In this document: in pieces, positions 39,284 through 48,915 of the stretch | Layout: every line of letters begins with the position of its first letter | Position numbering within the stretch: position 1 is the first letter of the stretch | Origin: a virus | IMG/VR virus record: IMGVR_UViG_3300017710_002137 | Coordinates: 17,209 to 81,208 of that record | DNA: 64,000 nucleotides | Reading direction: 5' to 3' (one strand) | Made by a program: the position numbers and the translations under genes | The notes under the pieces: generated by a model | Database searches by the model: none | What the model saw: only the letters and a program-made list of their open reading frames with translations | What the model was told of the DNA's origin: nothing

Positions 39284-40240
39284 ATGAGTTACTTTAACAA
39301 CAAAGAAGTGGTAATTACTGGTGGAGCAGGATTCCTTGCAACACACTTTATAACAGAATTAAATAAATTGGGTGCCAACATTACTACACATACACATAAT
39401 TCTCCTTTACAAGTAAGTAAAGAGATACAAAAAGATATTACTATACTTGAAAATATAGATTTAAACAACCTTGATGATGCAATCAAACTCACAAGTGGTG
39501 TAGATTTGGTAATTCATTGTGCAGGTCATGTTTTACATCCTGGTTCAGTACGAACTGATATACAAGGTTCACTTGGAAACATCACCTTACTTGGAAATGT
39601 ACTTGATGCGTGTGCTAGGAATGAAGTAGATTCGTTTTTTGACCTAAATTCATCAACTGGTTATCCCGATAGAAGATATCCTGTGAAGGAAGATGAGTTT
39701 TGGGATGAAGAACCTTACATTGCGTACTTTGGTTATGGTTGGATGAGAAGATATAGAGAAAAATTGATGGAACATACTTCAAACTTCTCTAAATTAAAGA
39801 TATTCTTAGGTAGAGGTTCAGCAATCTTCGGGCCTAATGATAATTTTAACGTAAAAACTTGTCATGTGATACCTGCAATCATTAATCGTATGTTAGGTGG
39901 TGAAAATCCATTCACTGCTTGGGGTTCACCTGATGTTGTAAGGGATTTCTTGTATGTTAAGGATGTGATTAAGGGTGCATTAACAATAATCGAACATGGT
40001 AATCCAATGGAGCCTTATAATGTTGGGTATGGAGCACCAATTACGATTGGAGATATAGTAAACACGATTCAAAAAGTATCTGGTCTTACACCAGAAATAG
40101 TTTGGGATAATTCGAAACCAACTACGATACCTTTTAGGATGGTTAGTACCGAAAAAATAAATAATCTTGGATTTAAGCCAAGTTATACTTTTGAAGAAGG
40201 TATTAGAGAAACAATTGAATGGTTTAAACAAAACAAATGA
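39284..40240 (+). CDS. NDP-sugar epimerase/reductase (GDP-fucose-synthase-like extended SDR)
   Basis: TGGAGFLA, GPNDNF...HVIPAII, WGSPDVVRDFLYV, YNVGYG. Confidence 0.85.
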   Translation: MSYFNNKEVVITGGAGFLATHFITELNKLGANITTHTHNSPLQVSKEIQKDITILENIDLNNLDDAIKLTSGVDLVIHCAGHVLHPGSVRTDIQGSLGNITLLGNVLDACARNEVDSFFDLNSSTGYPDRRYPVKEDEFWDEEPYIAYFGYGWMRRYREKLMEHTSNFSKLKIFLGRGSAIFGPNDNFNVKTCHVIPAIINRMLGGENPFTAWGSPDVVRDFLYVKDVIKGALTIIEHGNPMEPYNVGYGAPITIGDIVNTIQKVSGLTPEIVWDNSKPTTIPFRMVSTEKINNLGFKPSYTFEEGIRETIEWFKQNK

Positions 40241-41244
40241 ATGTATTAATAACAGGAATAACAGGAATGGTTGGTTCTCATTTGGTAGATTACCTAATTG
40301 AGAATACTGATTGGGATATCTATGGATTTATTAGATGGAACGATAGATTAGATAACTTAGAACACCACTTTGATAGAATTAACAAGAAAGATAGATTGTT
40401 TTTAATCAATGGAGATTTAAATGATTTACCATCAGTAATTCAAGCAGTAGAACAATCTGAAGCAAATTATGTATTTCATTTAGCTGCTCAATCTTATCCA
40501 AAAACATCTTTCAGAGCTCCACTTGAAACTTTACAAACAAATATTATAGGTACTGCAAATTTATTAGAAGCTTTAAGAGATTATGGAGAAGATGATGTTG
40601 TAGTTCATGTTTGTGCTTCATCTGAAATATTTGGTAGAGTATCAAAAGATAAACTACCAATTGATGAAGAATGTTCTATTCACCCAGCTTCACCTTACGC
40701 GATATCAAAAGTTGGTACAGATTTACTTGGTAGATATTATGCAGAAGCATTTGGAATGGTAATAATGACAACAAGAATGTTCACTCATACAGGACCAAGG
40801 AGAGGGGATGTGTTTTCTGAATCCACATTCGCAAAACAGATTGCAATGATTGAGGCAGGATTACAAGAACCAACAATCTATGTAGGAAACCTACAATCAC
40901 TTAGAACTTATGCTGATGTTAGAGATGCTGTAAAGGCGTATTATATGTTAGTAACTAAAAATCCAATCGGAGGTGAGTATTATAACATCGGTGGTGAATA
41001 TACTTGTGAGATTGGTGAGATGTTAGATTATTTAATATCACAATCAACAGTTAAAGATATTAAAGTAGAAGTTGATGAAGATAGGTTAAGACCAATCGAT
41101 GCAGATTTACAAGTACCAGATACTACAAAGTTTAGAGAACATACAGGTTGGAAACCAGAATACACTTTTAAACAAACCATGAATGACCTTTTAGATTATT
41201 GGAGAAATGAAATAAAAAAAGGTAGAAAATTTTTGAATAGATAA
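40237..41244 (+). CDS. GDP-sugar 4,6-dehydratase, DmhA/WcbK (GDP-manno-heptose)-like
   Basis: TGITGMVGSH, FHLAAQS, SSE, SPYAISK, RPID. It also has DRINKKDR, TLQTNIIGTANLLE, HTGPRRGDVF and C-terminal GR-x-x-LNR, which I recall from DmhA-type enzymes. Confidence 0.85.
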   Translation: MNVLITGITGMVGSHLVDYLIENTDWDIYGFIRWNDRLDNLEHHFDRINKKDRLFLINGDLNDLPSVIQAVEQSEANYVFHLAAQSYPKTSFRAPLETLQTNIIGTANLLEALRDYGEDDVVVHVCASSEIFGRVSKDKLPIDEECSIHPASPYAISKVGTDLLGRYYAEAFGMVIMTTRMFTHTGPRRGDVFSESTFAKQIAMIEAGLQEPTIYVGNLQSLRTYADVRDAVKAYYMLVTKNPIGGEYYNIGGEYTCEIGEMLDYLISQSTVKDIKVEVDEDRLRPIDADLQVPDTTKFREHTGWKPEYTFKQTMNDLLDYWRNEIKKGRKFLNR

Positions 41245-42431
41245 TGAGAAAATTAATTTACATAAGAAAAGATGAAGATTTTTTTGATAGACTTCTCGAT
41301 TTTAAGTTTACTTATGATGTAGATTACACAACTCTCGTATCAATAAATAAACTAAATAAAAAAGATAAATATGTTTACATAAAATACTTTCGAGGACATC
41401 CCTTCTTAGAAGCTAAACGATTTAAATCAGAACATGATTTATTGTTGTGGGAAAAAATGAAAGAATTTGATATAAAACTAATTTATATATCTGATAACGA
41501 ATCGGGTAGTACAGATTCCATAACATGGTTTGAATCCTGGTTAACCGATAAAGGAGTAGAACTTTCTAAAGTAATTTTAATTAACAACAATAGATGGATT
41601 GATAAAATTCCTTCTAATGAAAATAAAATTCAAATAACTTCTTTTGAAAGAATTGTTTGGGAGGGTGTAAAGTGTTTAGTTAATAATAATGACCCAAACT
41701 TCGATAATGATTCTAAGAAAAAAATATTTCAATGCTATAACCGAGCGGTTAATTCGTATAGAACTTGTGTAATTTGTGATTTAATAAAAAATGATTTAAT
41801 AGATGAAGTAGATTGGTCTCATCTAAGAAGGCCTGATTGGTTAGATGCAGTACCAGGAGATGTGGGTCTTACTAAATACCAAATTATAACAGGTAATACA
41901 TTTAAAAGTATAGAGGATACTTATAATAATTTGGTAGATACTTGTCCTAAAAAAAGTGAGTTTGAATCACATTATGAGTTTGAAGATGAGAATGGAGCTA
42001 TTGATTATAATATTTACTACAATGAAAATCCATATAAATTTTCATACATAAACATAGTAAACGAATCAAAATTTGATGAGTATGATAACTATCATATGCA
42101 CGTTACAGAAAAAACACTTTTACCATTTTATTATTTTCAATTTCCATTATTTTTTGCAAATTGGAATCATGTAAAATTTGTAGAAGATAATTATGGATTG
42201 GATATGTTTAGAGATTTTATAAACCATGATTATGATTCAGAAAAAGATTTTCAAAAAAGATATAAAATGTTATTTATTGAAATAAACAGATTATATAAAA
42301 TGAAAAATGAAATTAGTAAGTTTTATGTAAAAAACAGAGAAAGATTTGAAAACAATCATGAAAAGATTAGAGAACTTGTAAAATTGAAAAATAATGATGT
42401 TGAAAAGGTAAGAGGTATATTTGAACTATGA
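41244..42431 (+). CDS. Putative glycosyltransferase, same family as 35275/36570
   Basis: NRAVNSYR, NIVNES, HVTEKTLLPFYYFQFP, FINHDYD. Confidence 0.5.
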   Translation: MRKLIYIRKDEDFFDRLLDFKFTYDVDYTTLVSINKLNKKDKYVYIKYFRGHPFLEAKRFKSEHDLLLWEKMKEFDIKLIYISDNESGSTDSITWFESWLTDKGVELSKVILINNNRWIDKIPSNENKIQITSFERIVWEGVKCLVNNNDPNFDNDSKKKIFQCYNRAVNSYRTCVICDLIKNDLIDEVDWSHLRRPDWLDAVPGDVGLTKYQIITGNTFKSIEDTYNNLVDTCPKKSEFESHYEFEDENGAIDYNIYYNENPYKFSYINIVNESKFDEYDNYHMHVTEKTLLPFYYFQFPLFFANWNHVKFVEDNYGLDMFRDFINHDYDSEKDFQKRYKMLFIEINRLYKMKNEISKFYVKNRERFENNHEKIRELVKLKNNDVEKVRGIFEL

Positions 42432-43207
42432 TAAATAAAAAACAAGAGTGGAATCAAAGTAAATCTAAATGGGGTTTTGGTAGAACCAAAATTGATAACT
42501 TTTTAGATGAAGAAACTGCACACGAATTATATAAAGAGTGTATGGATGCACCAAAGGGTGGGTGGACTGTATTTACTCGTGCTGGTTCAAGAATGGAAGA
42601 GTTCAATGATTTGATTTCACTTCCAACCGCACATAGGGTAACTTATGATATTATGCATAGTGGTGAGTTCTTATATGAATTAGAACAAATGACAGGAATT
42701 GTTGGATTATTACCAGACCCACATTTGGTTGGAGCAGGATACTCAATAATTAGAAATAGTAAAGATTTGGGTTGTCATTATGATTTCAATTGGAATGATA
42801 GAATCAGATTACATAGAAAACTAACTTCACTTTTATATATCACACCAGATTGGGAAGATGAATGGGGAGGACATATTCAGTATTGGGATGATAACATTGA
42901 TATCAATCCAAAATCACCTCTAATAGAATCAATTCCACCAAAATTTAATCGATTAGTAATTAATGAAAATGTTAAACATGGTCCGTATCACAGAGTTAGT
43001 GAAGTAAAATCACCTGAAGATAAACCAAGATGTGCAATAAGATTCTTTTACTATATTTCTAAATCAGAATATGATAAGGATAATCCACCACATCGAAGTA
43101 CATATAAATCTAATGAATACTCACATCACAAATTACATGAAGAAGAAAATTGGGATGGTCACTTTGTTGGACAGGGTGGAGAAGATTATGGATATAAACC
43201 AAAATAA
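42428..43207 (+). CDS. 2OG-Fe(II) oxygenase
   Basis: PDPHLVGAG, HYDFN, LLY-x-TPDW...WGG, PKFNRLVI, H, R...FYY. Confidence 0.85.
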   Translation: MINKKQEWNQSKSKWGFGRTKIDNFLDEETAHELYKECMDAPKGGWTVFTRAGSRMEEFNDLISLPTAHRVTYDIMHSGEFLYELEQMTGIVGLLPDPHLVGAGYSIIRNSKDLGCHYDFNWNDRIRLHRKLTSLLYITPDWEDEWGGHIQYWDDNIDINPKSPLIESIPPKFNRLVINENVKHGPYHRVSEVKSPEDKPRCAIRFFYYISKSEYDKDNPPHRSTYKSNEYSHHKLHEEENWDGHFVGQGGEDYGYKPK

Positions 43208-43849
43208 ATGAAAGAATATAAAATAAATGACCCATGGGATTGGGTAACTCATTTTGAAAACGAGGTTGCAGAATATACAGGTTACAGATATGGTATTGCA
43301 TGTGATTCAAATTCTAACGCAATAAGATTGTGTTTACACTACTTAAACATTACAGATACAGATATTGAAATACCAGCAAATACTTATGTATCAGTTCCAA
43401 ATCAAATTATTTTGAGTGGTAACAGACCTCAATTTAGAGATATAAAATGGAAAGGATTGTATCCACTTGGAGACACAGGTATTATTGATGCGGCAACTGC
43501 ATTTTATGAAAGTATGGGAAGAGGATATGAAGATAAATTTATGATTCTATCATTTCATCTTAAAAAAATACTAAACATAGGACAGGGTGGGATGATTCTT
43601 ACAAACAGACCTGACTTCAACGAATGGGCAAGACCGATGATTTATGATGGTAGACATAAAGATAGAGTGTATAAAGAAGATGAGTTTGAATGTGTGGGTT
43701 GGCATATGTATATGAGTCCAGAATCAGCATATAAGGGTTTGGAGATATTCAATTCGGATAGAATAAAAAATTATAATGAACCATGTGGTTCATCAGAACT
43801 TTATGGAGATTTAAGAAAACAGAATATTTATAAAAAATATGTTATATGA
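43208..43849 (+). CDS. DegT/DnrJ-family PLP sugar aminotransferase (compact, 213 aa)
   Basis: FE...A-x-Y-x-G, PANTYVS, IDAA, SFHLKK (PLP lysine), GQGGMILT. Confidence 0.8.
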   Translation: MKEYKINDPWDWVTHFENEVAEYTGYRYGIACDSNSNAIRLCLHYLNITDTDIEIPANTYVSVPNQIILSGNRPQFRDIKWKGLYPLGDTGIIDAATAFYESMGRGYEDKFMILSFHLKKILNIGQGGMILTNRPDFNEWARPMIYDGRHKDRVYKEDEFECVGWHMYMSPESAYKGLEIFNSDRIKNYNEPCGSSELYGDLRKQNIYKKYVI

Positions 43850-44247
43850 GAAAATACCTACCTACACTTGGTGAATTAATTGATAGATTAACAATAGTTC
43901 AATTAAAAGAAGTCAAAATACCAAAACACAAAGAAGAATACCAAAAAGAGATTGAAGAAATCGTACACGATATTACAGAAATATTAACAACTGTAAAACA
44001 ACTGAAAGTAGATGGAGATTTTATCAGAGCAGTAATTGTACTATCTCAAATGAATACTCATATTTGGTACAATGAAGATAATGCTAGAAATGGTGAAGAT
44101 GTGGGAAATAACTTATTGTTAACACATGGATTGAATGGAATCAGAAATACTGCCAAAAATAAGATACAAGAATTAGATGGTGGTAGAAAAGATTATAAAG
44201 TAGATTGTATAGCATCAGATTTTAAAGATTGGGAAATTAGTTGGTAA
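43846..44247 (+). CDS. Hypothetical helical protein of polysaccharide clusters
   Basis: LGELIDRLTIVQLK...N-x-x-IW-x-x-ED...N-x-x-R...KNKI. Confidence 0.65.
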   Translation: MRKYLPTLGELIDRLTIVQLKEVKIPKHKEEYQKEIEEIVHDITEILTTVKQLKVDGDFIRAVIVLSQMNTHIWYNEDNARNGEDVGNNLLLTHGLNGIRNTAKNKIQELDGGRKDYKVDCIASDFKDWEISW

Positions 44248-44996
44248 TGAAAGTATTAGTTATAGGAGAAAGTTGTGATGATGTTTTTATTTATGGTGAT
44301 GTTTTAAGATTATCACCAGAAGCACCCGTCCCTGTCATAAAACCTTTAAGAGAAGTTTACTCAAAGGGAATGGCGGAAAATGAAGAATTAAATTTAAAAT
44401 CTCTCGATGTAGATACACAACTAATATGTAATTCAGAAGAAATTGTAAAAATAAGGTACGTTGATAACTCTTATAATTACATTTTATTACGAATAGATGA
44501 AAATGATGAAGTTTCTAATCTTAATTTAGCAGAATTACCAAATCTTGATGACTTTGATTTAGTTGTATTTGCAGATTATAATAAAGGATTTTTATCAAAA
44601 GAGGATATAGAAGAAATTTCATCAAAATGTAATTGTCCAACTTTCTTAGATACAAAAAAGAAACTTGGTAATTGGTGTAAACATATTTCTTTTATAAAAA
44701 TAAACTATCATGAATATTTGAGAAGTAAAGATAAGATTGATAATAATGATTGGCTGAAAGGTAAAACAATTATTACAAGAGGACCGAATGGTTGTGATTT
44801 TAATGGAAAAAACTATCCAACAAAAGAAGTTAGTGTAAAGGATGTAGCTGGTGCCGGCGATAGTTTTTTGGCAGGTTTAATATTTAAATATATACATACA
44901 TATAATATTGAAGAATCAATTGAATTTGCTAACAAGTGTTCAACACAAGTTGTTCAGAAACGAGGGGTTTCGATAATTAACAAAAATGAATTATAA
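44247..44996 (+). CDS. PfkB-family kinase, HldE/RfaE heptose-7-phosphate kinase-like
   Basis: RLSPEAPVPV, DYNKG, DVAGAGDSF, VVQKRG. Start at ATG 44247 overlaps the upstream TAA. Confidence 0.85.
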   Translation: MKVLVIGESCDDVFIYGDVLRLSPEAPVPVIKPLREVYSKGMAENEELNLKSLDVDTQLICNSEEIVKIRYVDNSYNYILLRIDENDEVSNLNLAELPNLDDFDLVVFADYNKGFLSKEDIEEISSKCNCPTFLDTKKKLGNWCKHISFIKINYHEYLRSKDKIDNNDWLKGKTIITRGPNGCDFNGKNYPTKEVSVKDVAGAGDSFLAGLIFKYIHTYNIEESIEFANKCSTQVVQKRGVSIINKNEL

Positions 44997-45593
44997 ATGG
45001 CATCAATTAATAGAAGTATTTACTATAAGGAAAGAGCATGGAACGATATTCACATATATAGTTCAAAGGTTTTAACAGGTGGAGTTAAGATTATCCAACC
45101 CGCTGTTTATCACGAACTTAGGGGAGAGATTTCTACATTATATCATTCTGATTATTATGATAGAATGTTACCTGTTAAAGAAAGAGAAAAGGGAGTTCAA
45201 TGGAAACACGATAGATATTCAAAATCTCAAGAGGGTGTATTAAGAGGAATGCACTATGATGATAAAACTTGGAAACTTATCAGTTGTATTCATGGAAAAA
45301 TGTATTTGGTAGTTTTGGATGTTAGGGGTGGTAACAAAGTAACTAATCCACAATATGGAAGTTGGGAAACTTATATAATATCACCACAGACACAGACACA
45401 AGTTTTAATTCCACCTGGATTCGCGAATGGCCATTATGTGATGGAAGATAATTCTGTTTTTTATTATAAGTTAGCATATCCTGGTGAATATAATGATGTA
45501 GAGAATCAAGGAACTGTTTTTTGGAATGACCCGAAGTTCAATATAGATTGGCCTTGTACACAACCACTACTATCAAAAAGAGATACACCATGA
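44997..45593 (+). CDS. RmlC-like cupin NDP-sugar 3(,5)-epimerase, heptose (MlghB/DdahB)-type
   Basis: LRGE, VLRGMH, KLISC-x-x-G, PPGFANGH, YYKLAYPGEY, WND...IDWP...LSKRD. Confidence 0.85.
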   Translation: MASINRSIYYKERAWNDIHIYSSKVLTGGVKIIQPAVYHELRGEISTLYHSDYYDRMLPVKEREKGVQWKHDRYSKSQEGVLRGMHYDDKTWKLISCIHGKMYLVVLDVRGGNKVTNPQYGSWETYIISPQTQTQVLIPPGFANGHYVMEDNSVFYYKLAYPGEYNDVENQGTVFWNDPKFNIDWPCTQPLLSKRDTP

Positions 45594-46759
45594 AATTAAA
45601 GGTATTAGATAATATACTATCAAATTTTTTACCTGAACAATATTTTTTTAGAGAAAATAATTTAGAAAAAAGAAACTCAATTACTTCTGTAATATTTGAA
45701 CAACTTAATTTTGAATTAGAATTTGTAAAAGAAAATGAAGTTTCTGATTTCAATGATATTTTTTACCCAATAGTAAATTTAAATAATCTAAATACAAATA
45801 ACCAAGATGTATTTTCAGATGATTTAAAAAAATATATCAAAAAGGGCTTAAAGGTTATAATATTTCATTTAAACGAATGTTTTCGTGAAGATGATATTTT
45901 TTCTTTTAATCAATATTGCTTAAACAATTATATTGATACGAGTAAAATTTATTTATATGTAAACAACAAAAGAATAGAAAATTATTTGAGTGATATGAAA
46001 AGTAATATTAATTTTTATTTTCCATTTTACCAATCTATTGAACATTCTAAAATTTTACAAAAAAACAAAGTTGAATACTCAGATAAAGATAAACCATTTT
46101 TGTTTATGTGTCATAATAATAAAATGTGGAATCATAGATTATCAACTATTGTTTTATTAAAAGAAAATAATTTATTGGAGAAGGTAGATTATTCTTGCAT
46201 AGATTTTAGTGTAAGTGATGATAGTGATTCATTTATTAAGGCTCTAAAATCGGATTCAAAAACTTTTATAGATTCTTATGATTCAATAATAAAAGAAGGT
46301 TCAAAGTTAAGTTTTTATGAAAAAGACAAATTTGAAAAAAATGAAATAGATTCTGGTATTATAGATGTTAATACTTTTAAAAATAGTTATGTAAATATTG
46401 TAACAGAAACAGATTTTACTGAAAATGTTATTCACATAACTGAAAAATCTCTAAAACCATTTTACTATTATCAAATACCTTTAATTGTAGCTCCATACAA
46501 TCATTTAAAGGCCTTAAGAGAAATTTATGATTTTGATTTCTTTGATGATTTGATTGACCATTCATATGATTATGAAAAGAATCCAGTTAAAAGAATCAAA
46601 CTAATATTTAATGAGATAAACAAAATAAAAAATAATCCAGATGTAATCAAAGATTTTTACAACTGGCACAAAGATAGATTTATAAACAATAACAAAATAG
46701 TTTGTGAAATTGTAAACAAAACAGATGATACAGATTATACAAAAAATATTTTTATATGA
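45590..46759 (+). CDS. Putative glycosyltransferase, fourth paralogue
   Basis: NNKMWNHR, NIVTET, HITEKSLKPFYYYQIP, FDDLIDHSYD. Probable start ATG 45590. Confidence 0.5.
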   Translation: MKLKVLDNILSNFLPEQYFFRENNLEKRNSITSVIFEQLNFELEFVKENEVSDFNDIFYPIVNLNNLNTNNQDVFSDDLKKYIKKGLKVIIFHLNECFREDDIFSFNQYCLNNYIDTSKIYLYVNNKRIENYLSDMKSNINFYFPFYQSIEHSKILQKNKVEYSDKDKPFLFMCHNNKMWNHRLSTIVLLKENNLLEKVDYSCIDFSVSDDSDSFIKALKSDSKTFIDSYDSIIKEGSKLSFYEKDKFEKNEIDSGIIDVNTFKNSYVNIVTETDFTENVIHITEKSLKPFYYYQIPLIVAPYNHLKALREIYDFDFFDDLIDHSYDYEKNPVKRIKLIFNEINKIKNNPDVIKDFYNWHKDRFINNNKIVCEIVNKTDDTDYTKNIFI

Positions 46760-47394
46760 AAATTAAAAATTTAGATTATCATGAAGATAGGTGGGAATCG
46801 GGTAATTACTCAAAAGAAGAATTAATTGCATTTGAAGATGATATTATTTCACATTGGGAAAATGGTGAAATTAGAGGCCCAATTCACTTATCAAACGGAA
46901 ACGAAGAACAGCTTATAGAAGTGTTCAAAAAAATATCTCCAACAGATTGGGTATTCTCAACTTGGAGGTCTCATTATCATGCACTTTTACATGGTGTAGA
47001 GGAATCAAAACTAAAACAAAAAATATTGGATGGTAAATCAATTACTATTGTAGATAAAGATTCTAAGTTTTACTCATCCGCAATTGTAACAGGTACTCTA
47101 CCTATTTCATTAGGAGTTGCTAAATCAATCAAGTACAATGGTGGTGATGATAAAGTTTGGGTTTTTGTTGGAGATATGGCATTTGAAAGTGGAATCTTTT
47201 ATGAAGTTCACAAATATGCAAGAAACTATGATTTACCACTTTATTTTGTTGTAGAAGATAATGGTGTGAGTACCAACACACCAACTTTAGATACATGGAA
47301 TGGTATTCAAAGAGAACTACCAGAAGATGTAGTATATTATAATTACGAATCAAAATATCCACACTATGGTACTGGTAAGTGGGTAGTATTTTAA
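46756..47394 (+). CDS. TPP-dependent enzyme, E1-alpha-like subunit (short)
   Basis: GPIHLSNGNE, STWRSHYH, SAIV, and TPP motif GDM...EDN. Confidence 0.85.
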   Translation: MKIKNLDYHEDRWESGNYSKEELIAFEDDIISHWENGEIRGPIHLSNGNEEQLIEVFKKISPTDWVFSTWRSHYHALLHGVEESKLKQKILDGKSITIVDKDSKFYSSAIVTGTLPISLGVAKSIKYNGGDDKVWVFVGDMAFESGIFYEVHKYARNYDLPLYFVVEDNGVSTNTPTLDTWNGIQRELPEDVVYYNYESKYPHYGTGKWVVF

Positions 47395-47399
47395 AAACT

Positions 47400-48371
47400 A
47401 TGAAAAAAGAATATACACATACAACTCTTGTTACAGGATGTAGTGGGTTAGTTGGATATCATGTTGTAAAAAAATTAGCAGAATCTATACCAGATGATTA
47501 TGTTGTTGTTGGTATTGATATTAAAGAACCTAAATATGACTACAAACAATTTGGTGATAAATTTGTATTTCATAATATTGATTTAACAGATTATCATAAG
47601 GTTAGTGCAATATTTGAATTATACAATATAAACGATGTAATGAATTGTTTTGGAATCAAAGGTACACCTGCAACAGCTAAATCATATCCTGTTAATTTTC
47701 TTGTACCATCAATACAAGCAAATATTAACCTTATAAAAAATTGTCAACATCATAGTGCTTATATGTGCTTTCTATCATCAGTTGGTGTATATGCATCTGC
47801 AGAAGAATTTGAAGAAGATACTGTTTGGGAAACTCTTCCATCACAACATGATTGGTTTCCTGCTTGGAGTAAAAGAGTACCTGAATTAATTATAGATGCG
47901 TATAGGCAACAATTTGGGTGGATAAATTGGACAATACTAAGACCTTCAAATATATTTGGAGAATATGATAATTACGGAGAAAATGCCATGGCTATACCAG
48001 CAACCATCAAAAAGGTTTATGAATCAGATGGAGAAATTGAAGCGTGGGGAGATGGAACACCAATAAGAGATTATGTATATGCTGGTGATGTTGCTGAAGC
48101 GTGTTTAATATCCGCTAAAAAAAGATTACATACTGAAATTATAAATGTTGGTAGTGGTGTAGAAACAACTATAAAAGAAATGATTGAAACCACAATAAAA
48201 ATTAGTGGTAAAGATATAAAAATAAATTGGGATACTTCAAAACCAAATGGAGAACCAAAGAGAAAAATGAATACCGAAAAACAAGAAGATTATGGGTTGT
48301 TACCTAAGTATGGATTTGAAGAAGGTATTAGAAAAACATATGAACATTATAAAAACAATATAAATGAGTAG
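47400..48371 (+). CDS. NDP-sugar epimerase/reductase (GDP-fucose-synthase-like SDR)
   Basis: TGCSGLVG, RPSNIFG-x-YDN, WGDGTPIRDYVY, INVGSG, WDTSKPNG. Probable start ATG 47400. Confidence 0.85.
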   Translation: MKKEYTHTTLVTGCSGLVGYHVVKKLAESIPDDYVVVGIDIKEPKYDYKQFGDKFVFHNIDLTDYHKVSAIFELYNINDVMNCFGIKGTPATAKSYPVNFLVPSIQANINLIKNCQHHSAYMCFLSSVGVYASAEEFEEDTVWETLPSQHDWFPAWSKRVPELIIDAYRQQFGWINWTILRPSNIFGEYDNYGENAMAIPATIKKVYESDGEIEAWGDGTPIRDYVYAGDVAEACLISAKKRLHTEIINVGSGVETTIKEMIETTIKISGKDIKINWDTSKPNGEPKRKMNTEKQEDYGLLPKYGFEEGIRKTYEHYKNNINE

Positions 48372-48912
48372 TCCAGAATACACACCTTATTTAGATGCTT
48401 TAACAGAAGCAATGAAACTTACAATGGAAGATGATAAAACAATATTCATCGGACAACAGATAGTTTATTATGGTAACCCAATGAGTAAAACCATTGAGGG
48501 ATTACCAAAAGAAAGAATGATAGAAACACCAGTGATGGAAGAAACCCAAATGGGAATGACAATGGGATTGGCAATGACCGGTCATCAAGTTGTTACATTT
48601 TATCCAAGGTGGGATTTCTTAATTCTTGCAGTAAATCAATTAGTAAACCATTTAGATAAGTTAGAAGCAATGTCTGATGGTGAATGGAAACCAAATGTGA
48701 TTGTAAGAGTTGGTAAGGGAAGTGATACACCATTAGACCCAGGCCATCAACATAAAGCAGATTATACAAATGCGTTTAGAGATATTGTTACGAATTGTAC
48801 TATTGAAAAATTAGATACATCGGAAAAGATTTTACCAGCATATAAGAAAGCTTTATCTGAAGGTGGAATACATATATTAGTAGAGTATCCTGAACTATAT
48901 TATAAAAATTAA
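48364..48912 (+). CDS. TPP-dependent enzyme, E1-beta/transketolase pyrimidine-binding subunit (short)
   Basis: GQ, ETPVMEE-x-x-MG...GLA, DF...NQLVNH, G-H-Q-H. Confidence 0.85.
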   Translation: MSSPEYTPYLDALTEAMKLTMEDDKTIFIGQQIVYYGNPMSKTIEGLPKERMIETPVMEETQMGMTMGLAMTGHQVVTFYPRWDFLILAVNQLVNHLDKLEAMSDGEWKPNVIVRVGKGSDTPLDPGHQHKADYTNAFRDIVTNCTIEKLDTSEKILPAYKKALSEGGIHILVEYPELYYKN

Positions 48913-48915
48913 ATT

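Noticed and set aside
46756-48912. Pyruvate dehydrogenase as a central-metabolism auxiliary gene
   Set aside because: The subunits are truncated, there are no E2/E3 genes, and the context is NDP-sugar synthesis.
23422-48912. Bacterial O-antigen/capsule locus or eukaryotic giant-virus origin
   Set aside because: The island is contiguous with T4-like terminase, portal, protease and tail genes, shares the phage promoter motif, and lacks export or polymerase genes.
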